Positions 42,356 through 58,537 of a stretch of DNA of 64,000 bases are shown here, in pieces. Each line of letters begins with the position of its first letter. Positions within the stretch are counted from its first letter, which is position 1. Both the position numbers and the translations under genes were made by a program. The stretch is from Anolis carolinensis (Eukaryota), in contig NC_085842.1 in assembly GCF_035594765.1 (NCBI RefSeq), positions 16,406,782 through 16,470,781 of the forward strand. Direction: 5' to 3'. The notes under the pieces were generated by a model. It saw only the letters and a list, made by a program, of their open reading frames with translations. It was not told the origin of the DNA and searched no databases.

Positions 42356-42998
42356 GCTGCGATCAGCAGTGCTCTGGAATTTAAAGAAGAATTAATGGAG
42401 GGCGAAAGGGAGAAATGTGCTAAGAGGAAGGTGCCTCACGCCAACCCTGACTGGGACCACCTTCCACCTGGAAACCGATGTCCTTACTGTGGATGAACAT
42501 GTGGGTCAAGAATAGGGCTCTACAGTCACCTACATATCCACCACCAAGACACTACGCTTGAAAGGCCATCATACTCAAACAAGGAGTAGAAAAGTAAGTA
42601 GACTCCAGCTCGAGTCCTCCAGTGGACTGACTTACTTAGGCGATCCCTCTTTATCCGAGTATGATGGTCTTCCAGGTACAGTGTCCTGGCGGTGGATATG
42701 TAGGTGACTATGGAGCCCTATTCTTGACCCACATGTTCTTCCACAATGATGACATCTGTTTCCAGGTGGAAGGCGGTCCCGGTCAGGGTTGGCTTAACAT
42801 GCCTTCCTTTGGGCACGCTTCTCCCTTTCACCCTCTATTCGTGCCTCTTAAAATGTTAACATTTAATGCAGCCATTTAGTTTTGCCCTGTCGTCTTCCTT
42901 TCTTCTTATACTTTAAGATAATTTTTACATGATTCTGTTATTACCTTCCTATTTGTGTATGTTAATGCTTTTTCCTCTCTAATGTCTTTTTAATTCAG

Positions 42999-43095
42999 GC
43001 AACATTCGAAGAGGTGCCTGTGGATTTCACTGAGGAGGAGAGGGCTCTCCATGGAGAAGTGATGGAAGAGACCTTGACAGCTGTGTCCTCTCTCC
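42999..43095 (+). pseudogene. Inverted, internally deleted KRAB-A exon relic; second copy at 52713-52795
   Basis: AATTCAG|[24 protein letters not shown] lacks the WALL segment and the donor. It is followed by an inverted copy of the KRAB-ZF intron. Confidence 0.75.
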
Positions 43096-43487
43096 TTTCC
43101 CCTTGCGGCTGATCAAATCAATTTACAAGAGCAAAAGCATTGTTTTAGTGCTCTTCTCCAAACTTCCTGTATTTGTCATGTACAAGCTAACTCTAGTCCA
43201 GAAACCGAAATATCTCAAAAACCTAGAAGCTTTAGTCAGGAAAACAGTATATTTCACTACATAGTCGTTCCAATTGAAGGATTAGGAGTTATAAAATATA
43301 TAGTTTTAATCATGAATTTTCATTTTGCATCTTGTGTATTTTAATATGTATTTTATAGAAATATGTTTTAAATATGTATCTTTTATTGAAATACATGTTA
43401 ATGTACTTATAGATTTTTTACAATATTTATGTGTTTTAATTATGCTGTAACGTACCTCAAACCACAAGGAGAGGTGGGCAAGAAGTA

Positions 43488-43545
<58 letters not shown>

Positions 43546-44847
43546 GTGATTTTTACAAAGGCTACAACTCCATTCCTCAATTAATCAAAACATCCCATGA
43601 ATTATCTCCCCTCCCCTTTATACACTCACCATCATCATCACAAAACACAAGGGAAAACAGTCCAAACCTGAGGTGTTAGCTGTGAAAAAATATATATATT
43701 TGCACTTTTTACCTTTGTCAACTCGATATAGACACAGGGTCTATTCCCATCCCAATTTGCACTTCCAAGAATTTGCAGCACTTTATCAGTCACCTCGTGT
43801 TTACAATATTTATATGGTGCACCTTACCCAGTCTACTTTTACAATCTCTCAGTTTTAATCCATGTTTTTATTAGTTCTTGTTTTTTATTGGCTAATGTTT
43901 AATTTTTTTATTTTTTTTATTGTGCATGTTTTTGTCTATTGCTGTGTTTTATACTGCTACTGTTTTTATTCGGGCTTGGCCCCATGTAAGCCGCCCTGAG
44001 TCCCCTTTGGGGAGATAGAGGCGGGGTATAAAAATAAAGTTATTATTATTATTATTATTATTATTTTATTATTGCTTGTGGGAATGTAACATAAGGTTTG
44101 TGAGCTCTGAAAATCCAGTAATGTTCTAAACTTTGATATGATTCCACCCACATGTTGCATTTCCCAAACTATTCTTTATCTTTGGCACCGTCCAAACATT
44201 CATATAATTTCTATAAGACATTAATATTTTGGTGTGGCATAATGTAGGAATTAAACCAATCATTTTACAGATTTCTTTCCCATGTGAGTTGTCAGATGAC
44301 GAGTGAGACATATTTACTGATTGAAGCTCTTTCCATAATCTAAACATTTAAATGGTTTCTCTCTTTTATGTGCTGCCAGATGATGAATGAGGCTTTCCTT
44401 CCAAGTGAAGTCCTTACCAAACTACAGACATAAACTGGTTCTCCCCTGAGTGAGTTGATTGATGAGATGTGATGTCAGGATCACCATAGCAGCCTGGAAC
44501 TGGCTGCTTTGGTTTTCTTCCAGAAAGAAGGGAGATTGGGGGGGGGGGGGGGGGGGGGGAAGGGAGGCAGAGAACAGGGTAGTGTAGGTAAGACATCTGT
44601 TTTGTGAGGGAAATAGAAATTGCAGTTAACAGATTGTGGGCACACTAGGGGGCAGATGGGAGTTGGTCTGTTATATTACAGGGTGTTTTGAGTAGGAAAC
44701 ATTTAGAACTGTTACTCAGTGACTGTGGAAAGATGGAATAAATCATTTGCTTCTAGTGTATTGTTGTTGTGAGCTTGATTTCAACTCCAAGAACTTCCAG
44801 AATCTTACATGTGAGGCTTTTTTATGCCTGAAGCCCTTTATACTCTA

Positions 44848-49499
<4,652 letters not shown>

Positions 49500-51986
49500 T
49501 CCAACCTGTAACCTGTTCCCACATTGGCTGCTCTGCTCTCAATCCCCTCCCTCTCTTCCTCTCTCATCCCTGGCTGGGCCTTTCCCTTTCACCCCACCAT
49601 TGAACACTCCCACTTCCCTGCCTTTTTCCTCCTCCTTCTCTCCCCACACAAAAAGGACAGGCTGTGACCCAGATCTCACTCTTACCCATAGTCCCACCCC
49701 TTCCTACAATACTGATGCTCCTTCCTAGAGCAGAGCAGGAAGGAGCCACAGGGACCTCAGAAGGACTGTATTGAAGACTTTGGCGCCTTCTAGAGGACTC
49801 CATCTCATGTGCGAGGAAGTCCAATGAATGATATCAACATTAATATTGTTAGTATAATAACAACAATATCCTGCAAATCTCTTGGGAAGACAGGCATACA
49901 AACGTCAGCATGTTGGAAGAAGCAATGATCTCCAGCACTGAAGCAATGCTCGTGTGCCATCAACTCCACTGGACTGGCCACGTTGTTCAAATACGCGCTC
50001 ACGGACTTGTTTCGATATTCCAAGGAAGGGAGGCAGAAGCAAACACAGACTTAAAATCAGCGTAGTGGATACAGCAAAAATAACAACTATTATATTACAA
50101 GTACGGTAGAGTCTCACTTATCCAACATAAACGGGCCGGCAGAATGTTGGATAAGCAAAGATGTTGGATAATAAGGAGGGATTAAGGGAAAGCCTATTAA
50201 AGATCAAATTAGGTTATGATTTTACAAATTAAGCACCAAAACATCATGTTATACAACAAATTTGACAGAAAAAGTAGTTCAATACGCAGTAATGCTATGT
50301 AGTAATTACTGTATTTACGAATTTAGCACCAAAATATCATGATGTTTTGAAAACATTGACTACAAAAATGTGTTGGATAATCCAGAACGTTGGATAAGAG
50401 AATGTTGGATAAGTGAGACTCTACTGTAGTTGCTTGTAATTAGTTTTTCACCTGCTGGTATAGTCAGTTTTGTGGTGGCTACTAAGTCAAAAGCTTTTGT
50501 TTGCCGTGAGCTTACTCTAATGCTGAAGAAGAGTAAGAAGAAGAAAGAAAGAAGGAAGGAAGGTGTAAGAAACAACCAAGCAAGTCAGAGTTTGAAGTTC
50601 CAGGACACTTACAACTTAATGAAAGTCAACACAAAGTTTGTTGGCCACAGGGACAAGTTCCTGGCGTGTCTGTTGCGCTGCTGCAGAAGAGGTAAGAATA
50701 CCTCCAGGCAGCCCTTCTGTTTCTGCCTTTGGAATTACAGTAGAGTCTCACTTATCCAACACTCGCTTATCCAACATTCTGGATTATCCAACGCATTTTT
50801 GCAGTCAATGTTTTCAATATATCATGATATTTTAGCATTTTAGTATCTTTAATCATTCAGTGGGAACGATATGTGTTGGAAAAGGCACAAAGCACAGGAG
50901 GACTGACCCGTTCTGGTTCTGTTTGCTTGAGAAGCTTTCAACCACTAGGATGGTTTCTACAAGGGCCCAGCTACGCAAAGCCTCCACTATGAACACTGTG
51001 CCTAACCTAGTTTAGAAGTCAATTCTAGAATACTATGATCCAGCAAACACCGGGAAAGAACCAGGAGCAAGTGAACACCAGCTGGATCATGAATTCATGA
51101 ACTTGGCTGCATTGGGCAGAGCGGGTACTTCAAAGACAATTTGTACAACAGCAGAGAAAATGGATGAGGACGATGAAGCTGTGTCTAGTGCTCGACTTTC
51201 CCTTAATGAAGGTGCTGCTAATTAGTCCATTGACCCAGGTTTGAGGGAACTGACCCCTCCACCTCCATCGGAAAGACAAATTAGCTGCATACATAGAAAT
51301 TATAAACCCTCTCAAAGATAGGATTGGCAGACTTGACTCAATACTATTGGAGAACATCATCCCTTCATTGCATAACCTCATGCGAGACCAATGCTTCCTA
51401 GTAGAGCAGACAGCAGAATACCCACTCACTGTTTCCCAAAGCAGTTACTCTACTCCCAACTCAAGAATGGAAAACAGAATGTTACTGGACAGGAAAAGAG
51501 ATTGAAAGATGGGCTTAAAGCTAACCTTAAAAATTGTGGCATAGACACCACAAGAGAGAACTGGGAAGCCCTGGCCCTTGAGCGCTCTAACTGGAGGTCA
51601 GCTGTGGTGGCGGCATAGTGGGCTAAAGCCTTGTGATTTGAAGGTTGGGTTGCTGACCTGAGGGCTGCCAGGTTCGAATCCAACTCGGATGAACTCCCTC
51701 TATCAACTCCAGCTCCATGCGGGGACTTGAGAGAATCTTCCCACAAGGATGGTAAAAACATCATCACCTTGCAGACAGCCAATTCTCTCACACCAGAAGT
51801 AACTTGCAGTTTCTCAAATTGCTTCTGATACGAAAAAAAAAGCTGTGACCAGCAGTGCTGTGGAAATTGAAGAAGCACAAATGGAGGGCGAAAGGGAGAA
51901 ATGTGCCAAGAGGAAAGTGCCTCACGCCAACCCTGATTGGGACTGCCTTCCACCTGGAAACCGATGTCCTTACTGTGGATGAACAA

Positions 51987-52195
51987 CTTCTTCTTCTTCT
52001 TCTTCTTCTTCTTCATTCACACAGTCGTTTCCGACTCTTTGTGACCTCATGGACCACTCCACGCCAGAGCTCCCTGTCGGCCGTCACCACCCCCAGTTCC
52101 TTCAAGGTCAAACCAGTCACTTCAAGGATACCGTCCATCCATCTTGCCCTTGGTTGGCCTCTCTTCCTTTTTCCTTCCATTTCCCCCAGCATCAT
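51987..52195 (-). mobile_element. BovB (RTE) LINE 3' end with (GAA)n tail
   Basis: MLGEMEGKRKRGQPRARWMDGILEVTG...WRGVVHEVTKSRKRL and TSD ATGAACA. Confidence 0.8.
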
Positions 52196-54236
52196 GAACA
52201 TGCAGGTCAAGAATAGGACTCTACAGTCACCTACGTGTCCACCACCAAGACACTACACTAGAAAGGCCATCATACTCGAACAAGGAGGGATCACCTAAGT
52301 AGAAAAGTAAGTAGACTCCAACTCGAGTCCTCCAGTGGACTTACTTAGGCGATCCCTCGTTGTCCGAGTATGATTGTCTTCCAGGTAAGGTGTCCTGGTG
52401 GTCGATACGTAGGTGACTGTGGAGCCCTATTCTTGACCCACATGTTCTTCCACAGTGAGGACATCGGTTTCCAGGTGGAAGGCGGTCCTGGTCAGGGTTG
52501 GCTTGATGTGCCTTCCTCTTGGCACGTTTCTCCCTTTTGCTCTGTATTCGTGCCTCTTAAAATGTTAACATTTAATGCAGCCATTTAGTTTTGCCTTGTC
52601 ATCTTTCTCTCTTCATATACTTTAAGAATTTTACGTGGCTGTTGATTCTGTTGATTACCTTCCTATTTGTGTATGTGAATGCTTTTTTCTCTCTAATGAT
52701 TTTTTAATTCAGGAGACATTTCAAGAGGTGGATTTCACAGAGAGGGCTCTCCATGGAGAAGTGATGGAAGAGACCTTGACAGCTGTGTCCTCTCCTTTCC
52801 CCTTGTGACTGGTCAAATCAATTTACAAGAGCAAAAGCATTGTTTTAGTGCTCTTCTTCAGCCTTCCTGAATTTGTCGCGTACAGGCTAACTTTACTTTA
52901 GAAGACTTCTTAAAAATCTAGAAGTTTTAGTCAGAAAAACAGTAGATTTTACTACATAGTCATTAGGATTGAAGGATTAGGGGTTATAAAATATATCGTT
53001 TTTAAGCATGAATTTTCAACTTGCATCTTGTGTATTTTAATATGTATTTTATAGAAATACATTATTACTATGTATCTTTTATTGAAATACATTTTAATGT
53101 GCTTATTTATAGAATTTTTTACAATGTTTATGTGTTTTAATTATGCTGTAACAACAACAAAACAACAATACTAATACATGTGATTTTACAAAGGCTACAA
53201 CACCATTCTTCAATTCCATGAATTATCACCCCTCCCCCCCTTATACACTGTCTCTCACTATCATCATCACAAAACACAAGCGAAAAGGACACACTTAAAC
53301 AGTCCAAACCTGAGGTGTTAGCTTTGAAAAAAATTATATTATTGCTTGTAGGAATGCAACGTAAGGTTTGTGATTTCTGAAAATCCATCAATGTTCTAAA
53401 CTTTGACATAGTTCCACCCACATGTTGCATTTCCCAAACTATTCTTTATCTTTGCCACCCTCCATGCATTCATATAATTTCTATAAGTCGTGAATATTTT
53501 GGTGTGGCATAATATAGGAATTCAACCAATCATTTTACAGATTTCTGTCCTACGTGAGTTGTCAGATGACGAATGAGATGTATTTTCTGATTCTTTCCCG
53601 AATGAATTGCTTGGTGGCGATTTAGGCTTATGGGTAACTTTTTCCACACTCCGCACACTTATAAAGTTTCTTCCCCACATCTATATGTTGATGTGACACA
53701 AGGGCCGACTTCGAGCTCAACCTGTTTCCATATTCCAAGCACTCAAAGGGTTTTTCTCCTGTGTGGATTCTGTAATGGCAAGTGAGGTGTTGCTTTTGAT
53801 AGAAGCCCTTTCCAAACTACAAACATAAACTGGTTCTCCCCTGAGTGAGTTGATTGATGAGTTGTGATGTCAGGATCACCATAGCAGCCTGGAACTGGCT
53901 GTTTTGGTTCTCTGCCATAAAGAAGGGAGGTAGGAGGAAGGGAGGCTGGGAACAGGGTAGTGGAGATAAGACATCTGTTTTGTGAGGGAAATAGAAATTG
54001 TAATTATCAGACAGTGGGCACAATGTTTGGCCACTAGGCGGTGAATCGGAGCTGGGCTGTTATATTACAGGGTGTTTGAGTGGGAAACCTTTAGAACTGT
54101 TTATTCAGTGATTGTGGAAAGATGGAATAAATCATTTGATTCCAGAGTATTGTTGTTGTGAATTTGATTTCAACTCCAAGAACTTCCAGAATCTTACATG
54201 TGAGGCTTTTTATGCCTGAAGTTCTTTATACAAATA

Positions 54237-56197
54237 TCAACATGGTTTTTCCCCTGTGTGAATTCTTTGATGTGTCAGAAGTGCTGATTTTTCACTGAAG
54301 CTGTTCCCACACTCCAAGCACTGAAATTGTCTCTTTCCTGAATGAGTGGCTTGGTGGCGATTTAGGCTTAATTTGTATGGGTAACTTTTTCCACACTCCG
54401 CACACTTATAAGGCTTCTCCCCCGTATGTATACTTTGATGCGACATAAGGGCCTGCTTCAAGGTGAACTTCTTTCCACACTCCAGGCACTCAAAGGGTTT
54501 CTCTCCTGTGTGGGTTGTAATATGGCGATTGAGGGTTATTTTCTGCGAGAAGCTTTTCCCACACTCCAAGCACTGAAACGGTTTCTCTCCTGTGTGTATT
54601 CTTTGGTGACAATTGAGGCTTACTTTTTGACAGAAACATTTTCCACAAGTCACACATTTGAATGGTTTCTCCCCTGTATGAGTTCTTTCATGTGACGAAA
54701 GCATAGATTTCTGCGAGAAGCTCTTTCCACACACCAAGCATTTGAATGGTTTCTCTCCTGTATGAGTTCTTTCATGTGACAAAAGCATAGTTTTCTGCGA
54801 GAAGCTCTTTCCACACACCAAGCATTTGAATGGTTTCTCCCCTGTATGAGTTCTTTCATGTGATGAAAGCATACATTTCTGCCTGAAGCTCTTTCCACAC
54901 ACCAAGCATTTGAATGGTTTCTCCCCTGTATGGATTCTTTGATGTGATATGAGGATTGACTTCCGATTGAAGCTTTTCCCACAATCCACACAGTGAAATA
55001 GATTCTCCCCTGAGTGACTGGCTTCGTAAAAAGTGAGACTTCCTTCCCCGATGAATTTTTCACCACATTCCAAGTATTTAAATGGTTTCTCACCTGTATG
55101 ACTTGCTTGATGGCAAGTGAGGCTTAATTTATGCCTGAAACACTTTCCACATTCCAAGCATCCAAAGGGTTTCTCCCCCGTGTGAATTCTTTGGTGTGCC
55201 AGAAGTGCTGATTTTCCACTGAAGTGGTTTCCACACTCCAAGCATTGAAATGGTTTCTCTCCTGTGTGAGTTCTGTAATGGCGAGTGAGTTGTTGCTTTT
55301 GAGTGAAGCTCTTCCCACACTCCAAGCACTGAAACCGTTTCTCCCCCGTGTGAGTTGCAAGATGAGTAGTGAGATGTGATTTGGTAATGAAACCTTTCCC
55401 ACACACCACGCATTGAAAGGGCTTCTCTCCAGTGTGAGTGGCTAGATGACGACTAAGGCCTGCTTTTTGAGCAAATGTTTTCCCGCATTCCAAGCATTTA
55501 AATGGTTTCTCTTCCATGTGAGTTGCTTCATGACTGGCGAGGTGCGTCTTCTGATTGAAACTTTTCCCACACACCAAGCATTTGAATGGTTTCTCTCCTG
55601 TGTGTGTTCTGTAATGATGAGTCAGGTGTGCCTTTTGAGAGAAGCTGCTTCCGCACACCAAGCACTGAAACGGTTTCTCTCCTGTGTGCGTGGCCAGATG
55701 ACGAGTGAGGTATTTCTTCAAAGTGAAGCTCTTTCCACACTCCAGGCATATAAAGGGTTTTTCTCCTGTGTGAGTTCTTTGGTGTGACACAAAGTGTGAC
55801 CGCCACTTGAAGCTCCTTCTGCACCTCCAACAGTTAAAAGCTTTCTCTCTCGTTGGAAATCTTTCATGGGAAATCAGAGCCTTTCTTAAACTGGGTGTCC
55901 TTCTCCACTCACCAGCTTTGAAGGATTTCTCCTCTGGGTGAATTCTTCTATGAACAACGCTTCCTTTCCACCTAAAGCCTTTCTCACACAGGGGATAAAA
56001 ACATTTACTCCTTTCTTTCCCTTTCCCTCTTATTTCTTTGACTGAGATATCACCTTCCTGAGAAGCAGGATACGTGTTCCTTTCATTGCCGTTGGCGGCT
56101 GATTTTCTTTCCTTCCTTTTCATCTGCTTCTGCTTGTTACTTTGCAGGAATGCCCTGCTTGGTTCTCTGTTGTTCTCACTCTCTTGCTCGTCCCAAC
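54237..56197 (-). CDS. Gene D zinc-finger exon (18 fingers)
   Basis: ORF 54237-56216. Confidence 0.95.
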
Positions 56198-58494
56198 CTG
56201 AAAAAGAAAAGCACAACTATTCATAGCCCAACCGAGATATATAGACATAAGTGAAAGACATAATAAATAATAATAATAATAATAATAATAACAACCCTGA
56301 AATCCAGTCTCTGACTAACACTGTCCGAATTTTTAGCACTGATATCAGCATGGAGTTTGGTTTGGACAAATGTTTGACAGTGGCATTGAAGAAGGGAAAA
56401 ATAATTGAAAGTGAGGGCATAAATATGCCTAATGGCCAAACGGTAAACATCACCGGCCAGAGGCCTATAAATATCTGGGCATATTACAGCTGGCAACATC
56501 AAGCATGAACATGTGAAAACTGTGGTCAGCAAAGAATACACACAAAGGATCAGAAAAATTCTCCAATGCAAGCTCAGTGGAGGCAACACCATCAAGGCCA
56601 TAAACACCTGGGCCATACCTGTCATAAGATATACTGCTGGCATTATAAATTGGACACAGGTGGAACTGGACAATTTGGACAGCAAAAACAAGAAAACTCA
56701 TGACCATTCATCATTCACTGCACCCTCGCAGTGATGTTGACCAGCTGTATCTGCCTAGAAGATCAGGGGGCAGAGGACTCTTACAAGTCAAACAAGCAGT
56801 CAAAGAAGAAGAACATGCCCTGGCAGAATATGTAAAGCAAAGTGAAGAACCTGCTTTGATTGAAGTCAAAAATCAGAAACTCCTCAAAGCACAGCAGACA
56901 AAAAACCAGTACAAGAAAACCGCACTACAAACTAGAGCTGACAGCTGGCACAACAAAACATTGCATGGAAAGTTCCTTGACAAAATTGAAGGAAAATCTG
57001 ATAAGGAGAAGACCTGGCTCTGGCTCACGAATGGGACCCTGAAGAAGGAGACAGAAGGCCTGATCCTTGCAGCCCAGGAGCAAGCCATCAGAACAAAGGC
57101 AATTAAGGCCAAGATCGAAAATTCAGCTGATGACCCAAAATGCAGACTGTGCAAGGAAACTGACGAAACCATTGATCATATCCTCAGCTGCTGTAAGAAA
57201 AGCACACAGACTGACTACAAACAGAGGCACAACTATGTGGCTCAAATGATTCATTGGAACTTATGCCTCAAGTACCACCTCCCAGCAGTAAAGAATTGGT
57301 GGGATCACAAACCTACAAAGATAATGGAAAATGAACACGCAAAGATACTGTGGGACTTCCGAATCAAGACTGACAAAGTTCTGGAACACAACACACCAGA
57401 CATCACAGTTGTGGAAAAGAAAAAGGTTTGGATCATTGATGTCACCATGGCTTGACAGCAGTGTGTGCGAAAAAGACCTTGGAGTCGTCGTGGACAACAA
57501 GTTAAACATGAGCCAACAATGTGATGCGGCAGATAAAAAAGCCAATGGGCCTGCATCAATAGGGGAATAGCGTCTAGATCCAGGGAAGTCCTGCTCCCCC
57601 TCTATTCTGCCTTGGTCAGACCACACCTGGAATACTGTGTCCAATTTTGGGCACCGCAGTTGAAGGGAGATGTTGACAAACTGGAAAGCGTCCAGAGGAG
57701 GGAGACTAAAATGATCAAGGGTCTGGAGAACAAGCCGTATGAGGAGCGGCTTAAAGAGCTGGGCATGTTTAGCCTGCAGAAGAGAAGGCTGAGAGGAGAC
57801 ATGAGAGCCATGTACAAATACGTGAAGGGAAGTCATAGGGAGGAGGGAGCAAGCTTGTTTTCTGCTACCCTGCAGACTAGGACGCGGAACAATGGCTTCA
57901 AACTACAGGAAAGGAGATTCCGCCTGAACATCAGGAAGAACTTCCTCACTGTGAGGGCTGTTCGACAGTGGAACTCTCTCCCCCGGGCTGTGGTGGAGGC
58001 TCCTTCTTTGGAGGCTTTTAAGCAAAGGCTGGATGGCCATCTGTTGGGGGTGCTTTGAATGCGATTTCCTGCTTCTTAGCAGGGGGTTGGACTGGATGGC
58101 CCATGAGGTCTCTTCTAACTCTACTATTCTATGATTCTATGATTCATCCCAGGTGACAGTTGCATTGACGAAAAACAACAGGAAAAACTCAGCCGCTATC
58201 AGGACCTCAAGATTGAACTTCAAAGACTCTGGCAGAAAGCAGTACAGGTGGTCCCGGTAGTGATGGGCACACTGGGTGCCATGCCAAAAGATCTCAGCCG
58301 GCATTTGGAAACAATAAACATTGAGAAAATTACGATCTGCCAACTGCAAAAGGCCACCTTATTGGGATCTGCGTGCATCATCCGAAAATACATCACACAG
58401 TCCTAAACGCTTGGGAAGTGTTCAACTTGTGATTTTGTGATACGAAATCCAGCATATCTATCTTGTTTGCAGTGTCATACAACCTTGCTGTGTC

Positions 58495-58537
<43 letters not shown>

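Larger units (their letters stand above)
38520..42850 (+). mobile_element. Fragmented RTE-clade LINE (38520-38735 resuming at 42001-42600; inverted 3' end at 42630-42850); duplicated at 49866-50003/51416-52560
   Basis: ILQISWEDRRTNVSMLEEA...QLHWTGHLVRI...PKQLLHSQLKNGKR.VGGQEKRF..LKANLKNCGI and (TAAG)n tails. Confidence 0.75.

Noticed and set aside
50004-51416. 1.4-kb insert in the RTE relic with a possible degenerate TSD (AATAC.C.CTCAC)
   Set aside because: Could not be assigned to a family or protein. The reading frames are broken and the TSD is imperfect.
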